DNA of 64,000 nucleotides from Psammoneis japonica (lineage: Eukaryota): positions 220,840-284,839 of the forward strand of contig QPGO01000016.1 of assembly GCA_008632985.1 (NCBI GenBank), read 5' to 3'. A model generated the notes under the pieces. The model was not told where the DNA came from and ran no database searches. It saw nothing but the letters and a program-made list of their open reading frames with translations. Below are positions 60,988 through 64,000 of this stretch, piece by piece. Every line of letters begins with the position of its first letter. Position 1 is the stretch's first letter. The translations under genes and the position numbers were made by a program.

Positions 60988-61905
60988 CTATGAATCACCG
61001 CCACCAGGCAAAATGTCCTTTGATGCATCATAGGTGGGAGCAGCATCGTCCACTTTGATTTCCGAAGCGTCCATTTGAAGCATTGGCATTGGCTTTTTCC
61101 TTCCATCTTTATCGTCCGCTCGGACCAATACAAAGAGACTGCCGTCTCCGCCACGGGAAATTCGCAGCTCATTATCCAAATATGTGACATCGATACTCGG
61201 AATAACGCCTTGTTTTTCGGCTGGTCCTTTGGGTATAGCGGTCTTTTTAATCTTTCCAAACGTCGGAAGGACCAACAGTCTTCTCAGGGTAAACACCACC
61301 TTTTGAAACTTGACATTGGCCCTACTTCCGTCATTGGTCACTCCAGCACGATTTACTTCTCCAATCGGTGCTAGCCAAAAGTTGGCCAAGACTCGTGTAT
61401 GACCACTCGCAATTCGTAACTTGTGCTTGATGAGGGCTTGGTTTTCAAAACGGCCATCCGTCACGTTAATGGGTTGAAACACTGGACCAAGAGCAAACCC
61501 GAGCGGCAGCTTGACAATGCGTGTGATTTCCGAAGCGTCCGAGTACACCAATTGCCAATCCCCATTCAAGGTATCAACCGCAATTGTCGAATTCGATAAC
61601 GGAGGGAGCGGTGCGGCAGCCTCGAGTGCCATGACGGCCTTTTCAATTTCAGAAATTGTATCGACGTCAGTAGTAATGTTGGTCGCCGGCGCTCCAAAGG
61701 GACGCTTGGGAATCAAGTCCAAAAGATTCTTCTTTAATACGTCTGTGGACGGACTGCTAGTAGACTCATCAGCATCAGAAGACGGCGTGGAGGAGATTAT
61801 CAAGGCAGAACATGCGGGACGGAGAAACGGAACACTTGGAACGAACGCGGTCAACAAGGGAAGGACCAAGAATGCGATAGCGATACTCATACATTTTCTC
61901 ATCAT
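60988..61905 (-). CDS. Plastid lipid-associated protein / fibrillin (PAP_fibrillin)
   Basis: Signal + LTAFVP presequence, LNGDWQLVYS, GPVFQPI and IDVTYLDNELRISRGGDGSLFVL. Confidence 0.9.
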   Translation of the reverse strand: MMRKCMSIAIAFLVLPLLTAFVPSVPFLRPACSALIISSTPSSDADESTSSPSTDVLKKNLLDLIPKRPFGAPATNITTDVDTISEIEKAVMALEAAAPLPPLSNSTIAVDTLNGDWQLVYSDASEITRIVKLPLGFALGPVFQPINVTDGRFENQALIKHKLRIASGHTRVLANFWLAPIGEVNRAGVTNDGSRANVKFQKVVFTLRRLLVLPTFGKIKKTAIPKGPAEKQGVIPSIDVTYLDNELRISRGGDGSLFVLVRADDKDGRKKPMPMLQMDASEIKVDDAAPTYDASKDILPGGGDS

Positions 61906-64000
61906 TCTAAGGGCTCAACAGATTGTTTGGTAACAAGAATCCTTGATAAAATGCAAACCTTGATGAGCGTTATGGTTGAGAGATCCTCCAAAAGCGCCGT
62001 GAAAAATGTTTGAGTTGAAGTCGAAGATTCTCGGTATCTTTGCATCATATGATATAGCCCCAAACACGAATATTTTAATATTTTCAGGTGGAGGGAAAAT
62101 TTTGCCCAAACGAGAAAACAAAGGATCATGAATCATGAACAAAAAATATCTAGGGCCCTATTATAGAGAGAGTGAAGTCATGACGCTTCCACCGTCAAGC
62201 CGTGAGAGGAATCCCAGTGGGTGGACGAAAGGAGTGTTCTCTCGATAAGATATTCACACGGTACATCAAACTTGTACATTTTTGATTTTGATCGAGTTGC
62301 AAATATTTTGTACAAGTACATACCGGTACAGAGCATGGAACCAGTCAAGCACCTTGGTTGTGCTCGCCGCTCCTCTTCAATAGGCAGTGGAATATGGTAT
62401 GAGAATAAATGTAGAGCCGTCACAGCGATGAATCCTCGTGTAACTATAGAGCGGCTTGTCAAGCTTGAAAGCCTACTACCGGTACGACAGGCGGCGCCGT
62501 CCTACCGGTATCAGCCCCGATCCTTCACCGGGCTATTCGGTCAGTATACATGCTTGAGTAGTGCAGAGGGCATTTAGATTGGTCCCTCTCTCATCTGGAC
62601 AAAGCATCTGGCACATAGGAGACAACTCGCGAATCCGTACAGTAGATAGCTGGCGCGACATTATTTCCTCTCGAGTCTTTCTACCTGGGACAATGCAGCT
62701 GCGAGAGGCAGTACCGGTAGTACAAACGAGGACTCCAATTTTACCACGTATACCCATTGCACACGAGGGCCCAAAAACAACAAGAAAGCGTTGAATCGTT
62801 CCGACCTTGTCGGCATACATGGCATGCACAGAAGAAATGCACTCCCGAACAATGTCCGTTGAAAGATGAACTGCCGGTCGCATCCCGAGCCATCATCAGC
62901 AATAGCCCCACCGTGACCCCAAAGTCGTGCAACGATACCTGATCACCACTCGAAAACTGCGACAGGAGTACGTCACTCATGGTTGGAGGGATGTAGTTCT
63001 TGCCAGATCGACCAAAGATATAGCGATTAATCTCTTTTGGAAACTCAAAGGCACTATCTTTAGACTCGACTCGGCCAGTTCCAATCTCCAAATCATGGTT
63101 GAGTCACGCAGAACAATAAGAGTTTCGTGCATTTTAACTCCATCGACCTTCAAAGAGACGGGTCTCACAGCAACATTTCCGATATCTTCGTAGGAAAAGG
63201 TTTTCTGGCGAGAGCAAGGATATGCCCCTCTCCTGCTTGGACTGCTTGAACATGCAGCATCCCATACAAAAGAATCGGAAGGGAAGCATGAACAGATATG
63301 CGAGACATGGTGGCGGTGTCTCAACTCTCAACGACAGCAATCCCATTCGTGTCCGGGACAAGCTTTGGAGAACCCGATGCAGAATTCGGGACAAGGTCCG
63401 ATGATGGAATCGGCTGGTTCTGAGTTGGGATGTTGGAAGCGGTGTCGGGGATACTTTTCGTCAATGAATTCAGTTGGCGCAGGTAGAAACGAGAGTCCGA
63501 GAAAGAAAATTACGCACTGTGAGCTCTTTTTGTTTCTGTACGTTTCAACAACACGGTTTTTGGTTCCACGACTGCGTGACGCTATTACTGCACATCTCGA
63601 TTGCAGAATTTCTGTTGCCATTCTTACCCGGACTTGGAGTTGCTTTCCATTCCTGAGTCTCGCTCCCCAGCAGGAGTTTGATTCGTTGAAGTTACCGTCA
63701 TGATGCTCTTCAAAAAGATATAGGCTGATGTTTAACAGCACTATATGGGCAGAATTACGCTTGATTAGATGCAGAATAATCCGCGTCACCTCAGCGCTCT
63801 CAAGCTCATGCCTCTATCATCGGATGGCGTTGCTTCAAAAAACAGCTTTTGAAAAATTTGCCACCCTTTCGCAATTTTTAAAATTTTTGCCCCGCTATGT
63901 ACATTCAATCATATTTAAAACTATTCATACACTACATTATTGTAATGATTCAGAGGGGGGCTCACTCACCCCCCTTCTCCTGCTATTCTCACGTGAAAAA

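Noticed and set aside
62500..63790. Possible fragmented minus-strand gene
   Set aside because: Coding-like composition, but only short broken ORFs with no recognisable motif.

Overview
Eukaryotic nuclear DNA, almost certainly from a diatom: it has an LHCX gene with an 'ATAFAP' bipartite plastid presequence, short GT-AG introns and a CoDi-like Ty1/copia relic. About 24 host genes or gene-like loci are recognisable, including NMT, PRP38, KDSR, LHCX, a mitochondrial-carrier-family protein, fibrillin, NmrA-like, CIA30-like, two subtilases, LRR, CHRD, J-domain proteins and a LOTUS-exonuclease-Ycf45 fusion. They alternate with seven sharply bounded blocks (roughly 1.3-5.0, 8.4-9.65, 13.6-15.7, 28.1-29.7, 36.0-37.1, 41.35-45.4 and 47.7-56.3 kb) of decayed repeat or transposon DNA. 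The most striking signal is that these blocks have lost most of both CpG and TpA and are saturated in TpG/CpA. Paired repeat copies and the copia RNase H relic show both CG->TG/CA and TA->TG/CA changes. This points to a repeat-targeted dual hypermutation that runs opposite to fungal RIP, spares TTAA/TAA contexts and spreads into neighbouring host DNA. Other structure includes a ~189-bp satellite with a 951-bp higher-order period, a diverged inverted sister array ~45 kb away, and a tRNA-derived Pol III element inside a less-mutated island. Many single-base frameshifts suggest assembly indel errors. Block boundaries are approximate, and dinucleotide depletion was judged by eye, not computed.
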